From contig OY970208.1 in the NCBI GenBank assembly GCA_963713865.1, positions 736,001-800,000 of the forward strand: a stretch of DNA of 64,000 nt, read 5' to 3'. This document shows positions 31,931-44,089 of this stretch, in pieces (within the stretch, counting starts at the first letter, position 1; every line of letters starts with the position of its first letter). Below the pieces are notes generated by a model. The model saw only the letters and a list, made by a program, of their open reading frames with translations. It was not told the origin of the DNA and made no database searches. The stretch is from an uncultured candidate division Zixibacteria bacterium. GTDB taxonomy: Bacteria > Zixibacteria > MSB-5A5 > RBG-16-43-9. The position numbers were made by a program, and so were the translations under genes.

Positions 31931-32593
31931 TTGATGATTACTACTAATGTATGGGAAATCTATTGGAACAATCAAGACAATTGGGACTGGTGGAAAAAGC
32001 CTGCGCCTGAAGTGCTTGATTTGATCCACTCTCTGTCGCCCATCGAACGGCCAAAGGTGTTAGACTTGGGCTGTGGTCTGGGCCGCCATTCCATTGCTTT
32101 TGCTTTGGCTCAGTTTTCGGTAACAGCTACGGATGCCTCCCCTACAGCGATTCAGCATTTGAACGGATGGGCCCATAGTTTACAACTTTCAATAGAGACG
32201 TAAGTCTGTGAAGTGCTCACCGAGACCTTGCCCAGTGAAACCTTTGATGTGGTGTTGAGTTATAATGTGATTTATCATGGTTCGCGCGAGCAGTTTGCCA
32301 AAGCAATTCGACAGGTACGAAAACTGCTAAAGCAGAACGGCATATTCTTCTTCACTTGTCCTAGTCGGCAAGATGGGAAATATGGTTTCGGGGAGAGGGT
32401 AGCGCCGCACACCTATCGGTGTACAAAATCGGTCACGCCGGGAGATATTCACTATTTTGCAGATGAGGAGGACTTGGCAGAATTATTGGCTGGTTTTCGA
32501 ACCCTTGCCCGCTGGAAAAGTGAAGGGTATTGGGATAATCAGGGAGAACAGCAATTTTATTCAAACTGGCATATTCGCGCCGAAAAAGTATAG
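31931..32593 (+). pseudogene. Class I SAM-dependent methyltransferase cassette with internal TAA (32201-32203)
   Basis: VLDLGCGLGRH; ORFs 31931..32203 and 32213..32593 are in the same frame. Confidence 0.8.
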
Positions 32594-32630
32594 AGGGCTT
32601 GGTCCACAGATGGATTACATATTCATAACA

Positions 32631-32648
32631 GCGGCCCAACCGTTAGAT
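32631..32648 (+). mobile_element. Collapsed attC (R'' directly joined to R')
   Basis: GCGGCCCAAC-C-GTTAGAT; GCGGCCCAAC is 9/10 complementary to GTTAGGCCGC at the cassette start. Confidence 0.6.
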
Positions 32649-32717
32649 TCATTGTACCACTCGATATAGGATCTGTCGCATGAGATGGTCATTCAAACAT
32701 ACGGGGAGAAAGATAGA

Positions 32718-33551
32718 ATGAGTATTGGTAGTAACATTTTACAGGCTATTGGGAACACATCGTTAGTGCAACTACGCAATGTTGTTCCACCCGGCTGTGC
32801 GCAGGTTTTTGCGAAACTTGAATGAGAAAATCCGACTGGCAGTATGAAAGATCGTATGGCACAGGCTATGATTTCAAGGGCTGAGGAAGAAGGCCGATTA
32901 AGACCCGGGGATGTCATTGTTGAGTACACCGGGGGTAGCACGGGCATATCACTCGCGTTGATTTGTGTTGCGAAGGGGTACCGCCTTCATATCATTACTT
33001 CCGACGCTTTTAGTCAGGATAAGCTGAATCAGATGGCGGCTTTTGGTGCCGAACTCACACTGATACCGAGTGAGGGCGGCCTCACTACAAAGAAGTTGAT
33101 TTTAGATATGATCGAAGCCGCCAGAGAATTCAGTAAGAGACCTCACACATACTGGACCGACCAACTCAACAATCTTGACAGTATTGCAGGCTACTATCCG
33201 CTGGCCGAGGAAATCTGGAACCAAACGAACGGAGCAATTGATGCATTTGTTCAATGTGTTGGTACTGCGGCTTCATCACGAGGCGTAGCCACTGTGTTAA
33301 AGAGCCGCAATCCCAGGATTAAAGTGATAGTCGTCGAACCAGCCGAATCCGCAGTATTATTGGGTGGTCAACCCGGACCTCATAAAATCGAGGGGGTTGG
33401 GATTGGCTATACTCCACCACTCTGGGATCCAAGTCTCGTGGATGAAATTATTGCGGTTAAGACAGAAGACGCGAAGGTTATGGCCAGGCGTTTAGCCCGT
33501 GAGGAAGGTCTTTTTGCAGGCACGTCATCAAGTGCCTTGTCAGTTGCTTAA
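32718..33551 (+). pseudogene. Cysteine synthase family PLP enzyme with nonsense codon (TGA 32823-32825) and truncated C-terminus
   Basis: IGNTSLV..AKLE*ENPTGSMKDR, EYTGGSTG, HKIEGVG; ends abruptly after GTSS. Confidence 0.8.
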
Positions 33552-33814
33552 AAGCAACTGGAATAGATGAAATCAAGGAAATCATTTGCAGTTCACTTTA
33601 GTGAACTGATAAAAGGTGCCTGGTATCTTCAAAGTCCTTTTTTGGTCTGCAGTATTGATGTACAAGCTGCTCGAGCTTCTAAAAATATAGACAAATAAAA
33701 GTGCCAGGAGCGTAAAGCTACTGACCTTATGCAACTAACACCTGGACAAAAACTCATTCTTCCCCTATCAGGTACAAAGATTGGTTTGAGGTATGGGAAA
33801 AAGTTTTTATGCAA

Positions 33815-33831
33815 ATAAGAATTATTCCTAT
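33815..33831. promoter_or_regulatory. Putative Per/Fur box
   Basis: ATAAGAAT-T-ATTCCTAT near-palindrome just upstream of the Fur-family gene. Confidence 0.5.
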
Positions 33832-33848
33832 GTCGTAATAGCTACAAT

Positions 33849-34325
33849 ATGATGAGAAAGGATCAGAACAGCTTAATGGTTTTCTTCAAGCACAAGTGCC
33901 GGGAGCATAATCTGAAGAGTACACCTCAGCGCACGGCGATATATGAAGAGTTAATCAGGTTAAAAGACCATCCTGCTGCTGGTACCATATTTAAGAAATT
34001 AAGGAAGATCTTTCCTTCCATCTCCTTTGATACGGTGAACAGAACACTCCTCACCTTTGCTGAAACCGGAATTGTTTCCACAGTTGAGGGATATGGCGAG
34101 CCGAAACGTTTTGACCCGGACATTGAGTCGCATCACCATTTCAGGTGCCTCAAGTGTAACCGCATAATAGATTTTCACCATAAGTCTTTTGACAAAATCA
34201 AGATCCCCGAAGACATTCAAAGGCAATTTACCGTATTGAACAAAAGAGTTCTACTTGAAGGCATTTGTGATAAATGCATTAAAAAACATTCACCTCAAAA
34301 CCAACAAACAAGGAGGTTAGTATGA
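33849..34325 (+). CDS. perR: Fur family regulator, PerR-like
   Basis: [19 protein letters not shown]-terminal CDKC; overlaps the catalase start. Confidence 0.8.
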   Translation: MMRKDQNSLMVFFKHKCREHNLKSTPQRTAIYEELIRLKDHPAAGTIFKKLRKIFPSISFDTVNRTLLTFAETGIVSTVEGYGEPKRFDPDIESHHHFRCLKCNRIIDFHHKSFDKIKIPEDIQRQFTVLNKRVLLEGICDKCIKKHSPQNQQTRRLV

Positions 34326-35791
34326 GTAATCCAAAGAAAGACAAGCAAAAGGATGCCAATGCCCGAGCCTTGACAACTGCATCAGGCATCCCCTATGCTG
34401 ATAACCAGAACTCTATGACTGCTGGACCACGCGGACCTCTTCTGGTTCAGGACTTTCACCTGTTCGAGAAGATGGCTCATTTCAACCGGGAGCGCACCCC
34501 GGAGCGCGTGGTGCATGCCAAGGGAGCAGGCGCCCATGGCATCTTTACCGTGACCAAGGATATAACCCGCTATACCAAAGCCAGGGTCTTCTCGGAGGTG
34601 GGAAAGAAGACAGAGATGTTTGCCCGTTTCTCCACTGTGGCGGGTGAGCGGGGTTCGGCTGACACGGTGCGAGACGTTAGGGGATTCGCCTTAAAATTCT
34701 ACACCGAACAGGGGAACTGGGACCTGGTGGGGAACAATACGCCGGTGTTTTTCGTGCGTGACCCCATGAAATTTATGGATTTCATCCATACCCAGAAGCG
34801 TCTGCCGCAGAATAACCTCAGGTCGGAGATTATGTGGTGGGACTTCTGGTCTCTGGTTCCCGAGAGCCTGCACCAGGTCACCATTCTCTTTTCTGACCGC
34901 GGAATACCCAAGGGTCACCGCCATATGAACGGATACGGAAGCCATACCTACAGCTTAATCAACGCAGACCATGAGCGGTTCTGGGTGAAGTTCCACTTCA
35001 AAACCCTGCAGGGAATCGAAAACTTCATGCAGGAAGAAGCCGACAAAATTGCTGGCAAAGACCCTGACTGGACAACCCGAGACCTATTCGAAGCTATAGA
35101 GCGAGGCGATTGCCCTAAGTGGCATCTGGAGATTCAGATCATGCCGGAAATCGAGGCGGAGAAGTTCCGCTGGAATCCATTTGACTTAACCAAAGTCTGG
35201 CCGCATAAGGATTATCCGGTAATGGAAGTGGGGATTATGGAGCTGAACCGCAATCCAATGAATTACTTTGCGGAAGTCGAACAGGCAGCTTTTGAACCAT
35301 CCAATATTGTACCTGGCATATCTTTCTCGCCTGACAAGATGCTTCAAGCCCGCGTCTTCTCCTATGCAGATACCCACCGTTACCGGCTTGGGGTCAACTA
35401 CTCACTTCTGCCAATCAACCGCCCGCGCAACACAGAGACTGCGAACTATCAGCGAGACGGATTCATGCGTCTGGACGACAATGGAGGTAATTCGCCTAAT
35501 TATGAGCCCAACAGTTTTGGCGGACCAAAAGAGGATCCAACCTTCAAAGAACCGCTCTTAAAGATCTCAGGAGATGCTGACAGGTATAACCAGCCTGTTC
35601 TGGATGACGATTACGTTCAGCCCGGCAACTTATTCCGCTTGATGCCTCCTGAGGCACAGGCACGCCTCATCCAGAACCTGGTGAACAGCCTTAAGAAGGT
35701 GCCGCGTTTTATCCAGGAAAGGATGGTCGCGCACTTCCGTAAAGCTGACCCGAAATATGGTGACGGCGTTGCCAAGGGACTGGGTATCTGA
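34322..35791 (+). CDS. katA: Monofunctional heme catalase
   Basis: [39 protein letters not shown]. Confidence 0.97.
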   Translation: MSNPKKDKQKDANARALTTASGIPYADNQNSMTAGPRGPLLVQDFHLFEKMAHFNRERTPERVVHAKGAGAHGIFTVTKDITRYTKARVFSEVGKKTEMFARFSTVAGERGSADTVRDVRGFALKFYTEQGNWDLVGNNTPVFFVRDPMKFMDFIHTQKRLPQNNLRSEIMWWDFWSLVPESLHQVTILFSDRGIPKGHRHMNGYGSHTYSLINADHERFWVKFHFKTLQGIENFMQEEADKIAGKDPDWTTRDLFEAIERGDCPKWHLEIQIMPEIEAEKFRWNPFDLTKVWPHKDYPVMEVGIMELNRNPMNYFAEVEQAAFEPSNIVPGISFSPDKMLQARVFSYADTHRYRLGVNYSLLPINRPRNTETANYQRDGFMRLDDNGGNSPNYEPNSFGGPKEDPTFKEPLLKISGDADRYNQPVLDDDYVQPGNLFRLMPPEAQARLIQNLVNSLKKVPRFIQERMVAHFRKADPKYGDGVAKGLGI

Positions 35792-35808
35792 TTATTGATC
35801 CAAAAGCT

Positions 35809-35846
35809 AAACCGCCAGTGCTCCTGAGGTGGACCTGGCGGTTTTA
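35809..35846 (+). terminator. Intrinsic terminator after catalase
   Basis: AAACCGCCAG...CTGGCGGTTTT hairpin. Confidence 0.6.
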
Positions 35847-35938
35847 CATACCTTTAAGGAAAGATTACAGAGTTCCAGGGGCGAGAAATCGTTCAGGATA
35901 TTTGATTAACCGATTCGTATAGGTTAATAAGACAGGAG

Positions 35939-37009
35939 GTGATAAAGATGATGAAGATTGTGAGACCCGTCATCCTGACAGAGTTATTATTTCTAACAGG
36001 AGGAGCAACAATGTCTGCAAAAAGTGAGGTGAACAAGAATACAGCACTCGAAAAAGCTACTTTTGCCGGTGGCTGTTTCTGGTGTATAGAAGATACTTTT
36101 CAAAAGATAGAGGGTGTGATCGAGGCTGTGTCTGGATACACTGGCGGGCATAAGGAGAATCCCACTTACGAGGAAGTAAGCTCCGGAACAACAGGTCATT
36201 ACGAAGCGGTTCAAATCACCTTTGATCCTTCTAAAATATCATATGAGGATTTGCTAAGTCTCTTCTGGAGGCAGATAGACCCCACGGATGAGAAAAGGCA
36301 GTTTGCGGATAGAGGGTCACAATACAGAACCGCTATTTTTTATCACAACCAGGAGCAGAAACTCCTGGCTGAGAAATCCAGACAAGAGCTGGAAAAATCC
36401 GGGAAATTTCAAAAACCCGTTGTTACGCAGATCATACCCTTTACCAAATTCTACCAGGCAGAGGAATACCATCAGGATTATGCCAGTAAGAAATCCCTGC
36501 AATATAAATTATACAAAAAAGGGTCGGGCAGAGAGAAATTCATTAAAGAGGAGTGGGATGAAAAATATGGAAAACTAGCTGAAGAGGAATTGAAAAATAA
36601 ACTAACGCCTCAGCAATACCAGGTTACCCAGAACTGTGGAACTGAGGAGCCATTCAAAAATGAATATTGGAATAATAAAAAAGAGGGAATATATGTGGAT
36701 GTAGTTTCCGGTGAGCCTTTATTCTCATCCAGGGACAAATTCGATTCAGGGACCGGCTGGCCAAGTTTTTTCAAACCGCTTGAACCGGGCAACATCGTGG
36801 ATAAAACAGATACCAGCCTGGGAATGATAAGGACGGAAGTAAGAAGCAAAAATGCGGATTCCCATCTGGGTCATCTGTTCGAGGATGGACCCGCACCCAC
36901 CGGATTAAGATACTGCATCAACTCTGCTTCATTAAGGTTCGTTCCCAAAGAGGATCTGGAAAAGGAGGGTTACGGGGAATACAAGAAGCTGTTCGAGAAA
37001 AAAAACTAA
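35939..37009 (+). CDS. msrAB: Bifunctional peptide methionine sulfoxide reductase MsrA/MsrB
   Basis: [39 protein letters not shown]; start uncertain. Confidence 0.95.
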   Translation: MIKMMKIVRPVILTELLFLTGGATMSAKSEVNKNTALEKATFAGGCFWCIEDTFQKIEGVIEAVSGYTGGHKENPTYEEVSSGTTGHYEAVQITFDPSKISYEDLLSLFWRQIDPTDEKRQFADRGSQYRTAIFYHNQEQKLLAEKSRQELEKSGKFQKPVVTQIIPFTKFYQAEEYHQDYASKKSLQYKLYKKGSGREKFIKEEWDEKYGKLAEEELKNKLTPQQYQVTQNCGTEEPFKNEYWNNKKEGIYVDVVSGEPLFSSRDKFDSGTGWPSFFKPLEPGNIVDKTDTSLGMIRTEVRSKNADSHLGHLFEDGPAPTGLRYCINSASLRFVPKEDLEKEGYGEYKKLFEKKN

Positions 37010-37195
37010 TATCTTATCTCCGCAATTAGAAAAAATAAGCCGGGAGTTACTGACTCCTGGCTTACTTGTTTTATTTTTTCTGATAATATCTTTGCTTTTA
37101 TGCCGTATATTGTTAATATTATTTGGATTTTGTGAGATAGTAGCTTTTATCAGGAAATCAAGTTTATTAAACTATAAATAAATCTGGAGGATAAA

Positions 37196-38824
37196 ATGTG
37201 TAGTTATCGTATACCCCAGCCTCTCAACGAGCCGGTTTACAGTTATGCTCCGGGCTCACCTGAGCGGGATAAACTAAAAATTGCTTTAAATGAGCTGAAG
37301 TCAAAACAGATCGAAGTACCCTTGGTAATTGATGGCAAAGAGGTTCGAACTGAGAAGAAAGTCAAAATCACTGCACCGCATGACCACAGTTTGGTTTTGG
37401 GCTATGCTTATCACGGCAGTAGAAAAGAGTTCCAGATGGCAATTGATTCTGCACTCAAAGCCCAGAAGAGCTGGGCAGCGATGCCAGTGGAGCAAAGGGT
37501 GGCTATCTTTCTAAAAGCAGCTGATTTATTAGCTGGACCTTATCGTTATATTATGAACGCTGCTACCATGCTGGCACACTCCAAAAATCCTTTCCAGGCA
37601 GAAATCGATGCAGTGTGTGAGTTAGCTGACTTCTTCCGGTTCAATGCCTATTATATGCAGATGATCTCTGACATCCAGCCAATCAACCCGGATCCTCTGA
37701 TCTGGAACAGGATCGACTACAGACCCCTGGAAGGATTTATCTTTGCGGTCACCCCCTTCAATTTTGTGTCGATCAATGGTAACCTTCCCACGGCTCCGGC
37801 ATTATGGGGGAACGTTGCAGTTTGGAAGCCGGCCAGGAGCGTGCTTTACACGTCGCATTTTATTATGAAGATATTTTTGGAAGCAGGGTTGCCGGCCGGA
37901 GTAATCAACTTTGTAACGGGCAACTCCTCGGAGATCAGCGAAGTAGTCTTAAACCACGAGAATTTGGCTGGTATCCATTTCACCGGCTCAACCTCTGTGT
38001 TTCAGAATATGTGGAAAACCATCGGAGAGAATATCGCCAGATACAAAACCTATCCGCGTATTGTGGGCGAGACCGGAGGAAAGGATTTTATCTTCGTTCA
38101 TCAGTCTGCTAATCCTGCTCAGGTAGCTACAGCGATAACCCGAGGCTCTTTTGAATATCAGGGGCAGAAATGTTCAGCCGCTTCCAGGGCGTATATACCA
38201 AAATCGCTCTGGTCCCAGATCAAAGAGATTTTGCTAAAGCAGGTAAGCGAGATCAAAATGGGTGATCCCTGTGATTTCACCAATTTTATGAATGCCATAA
38301 TCGATAAGAGCGCTTATGACAGTATCAAATCGTATATCGATTATACTAAAAGCGCCTCCGATGCCAAAATCATTGCTGGTGGTAACTGCGATGATTCCAA
38401 AGGATATTTCATCGATGCTACGGTGATCGAGACCACCAACCCGAAGTTCAAGACGATGGAGGAGGAAATCTTCGGTCCGGTGATTACTATTTACGTGTAT
38501 GAAGATGCTGATTACGAAAAGACGCTCCATTTCTGCGACCAGACCTCACCTTATGCTTTAACCGGAGCTATCTTTGCTACTGACCGGAAGGCAGTAGAAA
38601 CTGCTCAGACTATTTTGCGCAATGCGGCCGGGAACTTCTATATCAACGACAAGCCAACTGGAGCGGTGGTTGGCCAGCAGCCGTTTGGCGGAGCCAGGGC
38701 TTCAGGCACGAATGATAAAGCCGGCGCTCTGCATAATATGATCCGCTGGACCTCACCCCGGGCCATAAAAGAGAACCTTTTACCCCCGACTGATTTCAAG
38801 TATCCTTTTATGAGACAATCGTAG
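37196..38824 (+). CDS. pruA: L-glutamate gamma-semialdehyde (P5C) dehydrogenase
   Basis: NEPV.SYAPGSPER, HFTGST, GETGGKDF, FEYQGQKCSA, GQQPFGGARASGTNDK. Confidence 0.95.
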   Translation: MCSYRIPQPLNEPVYSYAPGSPERDKLKIALNELKSKQIEVPLVIDGKEVRTEKKVKITAPHDHSLVLGYAYHGSRKEFQMAIDSALKAQKSWAAMPVEQRVAIFLKAADLLAGPYRYIMNAATMLAHSKNPFQAEIDAVCELADFFRFNAYYMQMISDIQPINPDPLIWNRIDYRPLEGFIFAVTPFNFVSINGNLPTAPALWGNVAVWKPARSVLYTSHFIMKIFLEAGLPAGVINFVTGNSSEISEVVLNHENLAGIHFTGSTSVFQNMWKTIGENIARYKTYPRIVGETGGKDFIFVHQSANPAQVATAITRGSFEYQGQKCSAASRAYIPKSLWSQIKEILLKQVSEIKMGDPCDFTNFMNAIIDKSAYDSIKSYIDYTKSASDAKIIAGGNCDDSKGYFIDATVIETTNPKFKTMEEEIFGPVITIYVYEDADYEKTLHFCDQTSPYALTGAIFATDRKAVETAQTILRNAAGNFYINDKPTGAVVGQQPFGGARASGTNDKAGALHNMIRWTSPRAIKENLLPPTDFKYPFMRQS

Positions 38825-39140
38825 AGTTGAATCATTAAATAATATGTTTATGCCCCATCTCCGCTTCTTTTGCGGGGGTGGAGCTTTAAATCAGTAAAAA
38901 TCAGTCTTGCAGGTCAGGAGCCCTGTGCTCCTGATTTTAAATTTAATTACTTCTGCACCTGACTTTTGCCCGATATTTTCTTGTTATTATCCCTGAATTT
39001 TATTAAACTATTAACTAAAACTTGACTTTCAGCTGATGATATGATAAAATAACGGAAACTAAAGCTGATAGCTTGAAATATCAAGGAATCTAAACACAGG
39101 TATGTTTATCTGGAAAACAAGAAATTAGAAGGAGAATTCT

Positions 39141-39377
39141 ATGGTAAGGCTGTATGACAAGAATACCGGTCAGTACCTGGGCAGAATAGAGGATGAAGTA
39201 TTTCAATTCTTAATCGATAATCTGGAAGAAGAAAATCTTACAGATACAGATTATTATGTTGACCGGCTGACACTTGATTTTTTGAAAGATAAAGGAATGA
39301 GCGAGGCTCTGGCAAAATTACTTGAAGGGGCTATGGGTGAGGGAGAAGAGATAGAGATCAGATATGAGAAAGAGTAG
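39141..39377 (+). CDS. Small acidic conserved hypothetical protein
   Basis: RBS AAGGAG; FLIDNLEEE..DTDYY; first gene of the NfeD/SPFH operon. Confidence 0.7.
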   Translation: MVRLYDKNTGQYLGRIEDEVFQFLIDNLEEENLTDTDYYVDRLTLDFLKDKGMSEALAKLLEGAMGEGEEIEIRYEKE

Positions 39378-39409
39378 AGAAATGAAAAGCTTACAAAGGA
39401 GACTAAAAA

Positions 39410-39856
39410 ATGGTTATTAAAATATGGTGGGTTTGGATTGCTATTGCGGCTTTTTTTGTTGTAGCTGAGATATTTCATATGGGATTTTTTCTACTGTGGT
39501 TTGGAGTTGGAGCTGCTGTAGCGGGAATTCTGTCACTTCTTGGTTTTGGTATGGGGTGGCAGCTGTTGAGCTTTATTGTTGTCTCAGCAGTGCTTTTTGC
39601 TGTTTCCAGAAGGTTTGCAGAGCGGTTTACTAAAAAACAGCCACCCGGAGTTGGGGCAGACAGATTTATCGATAAAAAAGGGGTAGTGATTGAGGAGATC
39701 AATAATCTTAAAAACACCGGGCGTGTGAGGATAGGGAAAGATGAGTGGCGAGCAGACAGCGATACAGGTGAGGTTATATCTCCAGGACAAACAGTTGAAG
39801 TGATCAAAGTAGAAGGGACGCATTTGATAGTTAAAGTTTCAAAAGGAGGAGAGTAA
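39410..39856 (+). CDS. NfeD-like membrane protein
   Basis: N-terminal TM helices, [22 protein letters not shown]; precedes the SPFH gene. Confidence 0.9.
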   Translation: MVIKIWWVWIAIAAFFVVAEIFHMGFFLLWFGVGAAVAGILSLLGFGMGWQLLSFIVVSAVLFAVSRRFAERFTKKQPPGVGADRFIDKKGVVIEEINNLKNTGRVRIGKDEWRADSDTGEVISPGQTVEVIKVEGTHLIVKVSKGGE

Positions 39857-39857
39857 G

Positions 39858-40748
39858 ATGGTAGTGGCATTAGTCATCATAGCTTTTGTGGTATTCATAG
39901 TTGTAGCCAGCGGCATTAAGATCGTCAGGCCCTGGGAAAGAGGGTTAATAGAGCGGTTAGGAAAGTATCAGCGAACTGCGGGCAGCGGACTTACCATCAT
40001 CGTCCCCATCCTGGAGAGGATGATAATAGTGGATATGCGGGAGCAGGTGGTGGAGGTGGCTCCCCAGGCGGTGATTACCAAAGATAACGTAGTCGTAGAG
40101 GTGGATGCAGTGATCTACTATGAGGTCACTGACCCGGTAAAGGTTACTTATAACGTTGCCAATTTCTACACCGCGGCTACTAAACTGGCGCAAACCAATT
40201 TAAGAAATCTGGTTGGCGAGTTAGCTTTGGATGAGTCCCTTACCTCAAGGGAGCTTATAAACACTAAGTTACGTCAGATCTTAGATGATGCTACGGATAA
40301 ATGGGGAACCAGGGTTACCAGGGTAGAACTGCAGAGGATAGACCCGCCCAAAGACGTTACAGATGCAATGCATCGTCAGATGAAAGCAGAGAGAGAGAGG
40401 CGGGCAATGATCTTGGAAGCGGAGGGTCACAAGCAATCAGCCATACTTAAGGCTGAAGGGCAGGCAGAGGCAATCAAGAAAGTTGCGGATGCGGACAAAT
40501 ATCAGAAATTAACCGTAGCCAAAGGAGAGGCAGAAGCGATAGAAACCGTATATAGAGCCATTCACGAAGGCAAGCCTACCAATGACCTGATCGCCATAAA
40601 ATATCTGGAAGCGCTTCAGAAGATTGCAGACGGACAGGCAACCAAAGTTTTCCTGCCCCTTGAAACTACAGGCATTCTCGGGAGCATTGCCGGTATAGGC
40701 GAACTGTTGAAAGAAAAAATCTCATCCAAGAAAAGCGGAGAAACCTAG
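39858..40748 (+). CDS. SPFH/stomatin (band 7) protein
   Basis: [35 protein letters not shown]. Confidence 0.93.
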   Translation: MVVALVIIAFVVFIVVASGIKIVRPWERGLIERLGKYQRTAGSGLTIIVPILERMIIVDMREQVVEVAPQAVITKDNVVVEVDAVIYYEVTDPVKVTYNVANFYTAATKLAQTNLRNLVGELALDESLTSRELINTKLRQILDDATDKWGTRVTRVELQRIDPPKDVTDAMHRQMKAERERRAMILEAEGHKQSAILKAEGQAEAIKKVADADKYQKLTVAKGEAEAIETVYRAIHEGKPTNDLIAIKYLEALQKIADGQATKVFLPLETTGILGSIAGIGELLKEKISSKKSGET

Positions 40749-40816
40749 GCTTAGAGAAAAAAGTTCCGTAGGTCAGGAGCCCTGAGATCCTGACATCATA
40801 TTAAAGAAGTTTCTGA

Positions 40817-41620
40817 ATGAAAAAAGATAATATCACCCGCGAGGATATTACTGCCACTCTTGTTACTGCTTTAAAACCCTTGAATTATGTTTATGCTTTG
40901 TGGGAGGGTGGTTCTGCAAGCTTTGACAGGATAGACCAGTGGTCGGATATCGATTTATATCTTGTAGTTGAAGATGAGAAAGTGGAAGATAGTCTCAGCT
41001 CAATAGAACAGAGTATCTTAAATCTTTCCGAAATCGACTTGAAATTCCGCCTACCAGAACCAACCTGGCACGGGCATTCTCAGGTCTTTTATCGTCTGAA
41101 AAAAACCAGTCCTTTTTTATTTCTGGATATCGTGGTGATAAAGAAATCAAGTAAGGACAAATTCCTTCAATTCCGGATCCATGGAAGGCCAGTCGTCTAT
41201 TTCGACAAAATCGCCGTGGTCAAAGATGATCCAGTTGATCCCGAATATTTTTTAAATAAAATTCAGTCGCGACTGGAAATGCTGAAAACGAATTTCACTC
41301 TGTTCCAGATGTTGATTCTCAAAGAATTAAATCGTGGCAATGAGATTGAAGCTCTTAGTTATTACCTGTCTTATACCTACAAGCCTCTGGTGGAGGCTCT
41401 CCGGATAAAATACTGCCCCTATCATCATAATTTTCATAACAGCTATATCTATTATGACTTACCACCTGAAGTGGTGAAGCGTCTGCATAAACTGAATTTC
41501 ATAGCTAACTCTGAAGAGCTTCGCCAATTACAGGTTGAAGCGGAAGCTTGGTTTTGGGAAGTGGTGAAGAGTATTAATACTGAGGATTTGAAGAGGAAAA
41601 TCTCAGATCAAAATTTATAA
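40817..41620 (+). CDS. Nucleotidyltransferase domain protein
   Basis: EGGSASF..DQWSDID (GS..DxD) motif. Confidence 0.75.
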   Translation: MKKDNITREDITATLVTALKPLNYVYALWEGGSASFDRIDQWSDIDLYLVVEDEKVEDSLSSIEQSILNLSEIDLKFRLPEPTWHGHSQVFYRLKKTSPFLFLDIVVIKKSSKDKFLQFRIHGRPVVYFDKIAVVKDDPVDPEYFLNKIQSRLEMLKTNFTLFQMLILKELNRGNEIEALSYYLSYTYKPLVEALRIKYCPYHHNFHNSYIYYDLPPEVVKRLHKLNFIANSEELRQLQVEAEAWFWEVVKSINTEDLKRKISDQNL

Positions 41621-41665
41621 TTTGTAGTAAAATTTCAGAACCTGAACTGCCTTTAGCTCAGACCA

Positions 41666-41696
41666 GCAGGTCAGGAGCCCTGTGCTCCTGACCTAC
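41666..41696. repeat. REP-like palindrome family GTCAGGAGCCC..CTCCTGAC (also 38909-38934, 40768-40794, 55204-55232)
   Basis: Four intergenic copies, all shortly downstream of stop codons. Confidence 0.75.
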
Positions 41697-41710
41697 TTTT
41701 TGAAGCTGAA

Positions 41711-44089
41711 TTATTTTATCAACATCATCTTCTTAGTCTCAGCAAAATCCTCAGAAATGATCTGATAAAAATAGACTCCACTGGAGACCATAATTCCATC
41801 CCTGTTCCTGCCATCCCAGACGACTCTATGATATCCAGCCGGGTAATACCCATCTACTAAGTCACAGACTAATTCTCCTTTAAGGTTAAATATCTTTAGA
41901 GAAACCGTTCCGGGTTGAGTTAGCTGATAATTTATCTGAGTTGAAGCATTAAAAGGATTAGGATAGTTCTGATTTAATCCGAATTCCTTAGGAATCTCAG
42001 GTGTTGTGTGGTGTCCTGGATTTTCCTCTTCTTCTATTTCTAAAGGAAATCCCCGATTATCCCGCAAATCGACCAGACTAAAAGCTAAAACAGGCTCTGC
42101 TTGTTCCAGAATCTCAAAGGTTATAATAGCTATCTCTCCAGAACCAATAATGGAAGTATTTGCTCCCAGGATTGCCAGGCTGACATCCACTTCATATCCC
42201 ATATCTTTCCCGTAAAAGAAAACCGGCTGAACGCTGTCTATTAACTGATAACTTCTCTTAATATCAATGAACTTAAGCTGTAAAGAATCGTAAGGAAGTA
42301 TAAAGTGGATGCTTTTAACTGTATCCGGATTGTTGTCTAAAAACACTTTTACCTCGAACTCATTACCTAAGATCCAGTTGTCCGTGGATTTGGTCAGCGA
42401 TAGACCCAGATCACTTGAAACTGCCTTACCTGAAGACCCGGACATAACTCTCAAATTGCCTACTACCATGTAATTCATAGCGAAGACGACTAAATCCTCG
42501 AAATCTATTTTATTGTCAGTAAGAGGAATGTCTTCTGCACTATTATTATAAGTGGGACCAATATCAAATTCAGGCAGATATCCTGTATCTCCCGCCTTTG
42601 TATCGTAGATCCCGGCAAAGATCGATAAATCACTAAAATAAACTCTGCCATCCCCATCGATATCACCTAACCAGTAATTAGTGGCTCGTGCAGTATCACC
42701 AGCTGAGAGTTTGGAATAATTTCCCGCACGGTCGTAAGCAAATATGCTATAAAAATAAGCATTTCGCGGGAAGGCAGCCACATCATTAGAGTCCTGATAA
42801 CTGGTTCCACTCCCTTTATACACCAACTGTCCTGAAATATGGCTTGCAGGGTATCCTGAAGGGACAGGATAGGAATCGTCATATTCAGGGTAAGCATTAT
42901 TAGCCCAGGGATTCTTTCGGATTTCCACTCCTTTAAAGCTTCCAGCCGGATTAGTCCAGCTCAATCTGCATTTCCTGTTCCCGGGTCTGACCACAAAATT
43001 AGCCGGAGAGCCGGGTGGGGTTGTATCATAGGTAAAGCTCCAATAATATGAACAGGTATCGTTGTTCACATTCCCCAAATCATCTATCACCCTGAAGAAT
43101 ATATGGTGTGTCCCTTCGGAAATCTGAGGAACTCTCCAGCTAATCGTGGTATCTGAGGAAGCAGAATTATAAGCCCACAATTCACTCCATATTCCTGAAC
43201 AGTTATCCAGTTGATAATATCCTCTATTTAATCCTAAATTATCAGTAAACCGGATGGATAGGGTGGGGAGATAATTAATGGTATCACCAGATAGGGGTGA
43301 GTTGACCACAACTGCAGGATGGGTAGTATCCGCGATTTGAATCTGGAGCGTAGCCCCGGAATTAGAGTGTAGTATGTTTTGGTTAGCAGAATCTCGCATA
43401 ACGGAATTGTTAAAACTTAGACTGGTTGATCCAGCCTGAGTGGATGTAAAGATTAATCCCAATAATTGTCCGGTTCCGGTAAAGCTTCCATCCAAGATCG
43501 CCAGGCTCATCACTACCGAGTCGGTATAAACATTATAAGATAAAAACGAGTTATCCGGAGGAGATAATGCTGTCCCCTTAATCACACTGTTGACCGTAAT
43601 ATAATTATGATCATACCGGATATTGAAAAGTGAAGCTTCCAGTCTGTTTACAGTTTCATTTAAGGAAATCCAGAGAGTATCAATATCACCTCGATTGACT
43701 GAAAGATAATTAGGAGAAAGGAAGACTATTAATGATGGCTGTAGATTTAAGGTAAAATGAAAAGTGCTTGACCAGTCGGAAATCAATGTATCCAGAACAG
43801 ATGAAATCTGCCTGTGCCTCCCCCTCCAGAAGTAAATTGCACTGGAAAGACTTTCCGGAAAGCTGGCATTATAAGTAAATTGACTATCAGGTTCGCAACT
43901 TAGCCAGCCTGACTGGGTTAAATTTCCAATAAACAGGCTATCAGTTGAAGTCTGGATTTGGATTGAATACAAACTATCCCCTGGTATGGTGGTAGAGCTT
44001 GTCTGGAATACAAGCGGGATCTGAACTTCAGCACTGCCACCTACGGTTAATAAAATATAAATCAATAAAAATATTTTAATACATTTCAT
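41711..44089 (-). CDS. Secreted multidomain protein with cohesin-like, Ig/FN3-like and dockerin-like domains and a C-terminal secretion-tail/FlgD Ig domain
   Basis: Two cohesin-like segments (..IRYD..G.LLGLIF; ..LPYD..GEIAIITF), GDIDGDGRVYFSDL, NQNYPNPFN tail. Confidence 0.75.
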   Translation of the reverse strand: MKCIKIFLLIYILLTVGGSAEVQIPLVFQTSSTTIPGDSLYSIQIQTSTDSLFIGNLTQSGWLSCEPDSQFTYNASFPESLSSAIYFWRGRHRQISSVLDTLISDWSSTFHFTLNLQPSLIVFLSPNYLSVNRGDIDTLWISLNETVNRLEASLFNIRYDHNYITVNSVIKGTALSPPDNSFLSYNVYTDSVVMSLAILDGSFTGTGQLLGLIFTSTQAGSTSLSFNNSVMRDSANQNILHSNSGATLQIQIADTTHPAVVVNSPLSGDTINYLPTLSIRFTDNLGLNRGYYQLDNCSGIWSELWAYNSASSDTTISWRVPQISEGTHHIFFRVIDDLGNVNNDTCSYYWSFTYDTTPPGSPANFVVRPGNRKCRLSWTNPAGSFKGVEIRKNPWANNAYPEYDDSYPVPSGYPASHISGQLVYKGSGTSYQDSNDVAAFPRNAYFYSIFAYDRAGNYSKLSAGDTARATNYWLGDIDGDGRVYFSDLSIFAGIYDTKAGDTGYLPEFDIGPTYNNSAEDIPLTDNKIDFEDLVVFAMNYMVVGNLRVMSGSSGKAVSSDLGLSLTKSTDNWILGNEFEVKVFLDNNPDTVKSIHFILPYDSLQLKFIDIKRSYQLIDSVQPVFFYGKDMGYEVDVSLAILGANTSIIGSGEIAIITFEILEQAEPVLAFSLVDLRDNRGFPLEIEEEENPGHHTTPEIPKEFGLNQNYPNPFNASTQINYQLTQPGTVSLKIFNLKGELVCDLVDGYYPAGYHRVVWDGRNRDGIMVSSGVYFYQIISEDFAETKKMMLIK

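Noticed and set aside
32823-32825. In-frame TGA in the cysteine-synthase-like gene as selenocysteine
   Set aside because: It lies in KLE-x-ENPTGS, where an aromatic residue such as Trp is usual (TGG to TGA). The gene is also truncated and its neighbour has a TAA, so decay is the simpler explanation.
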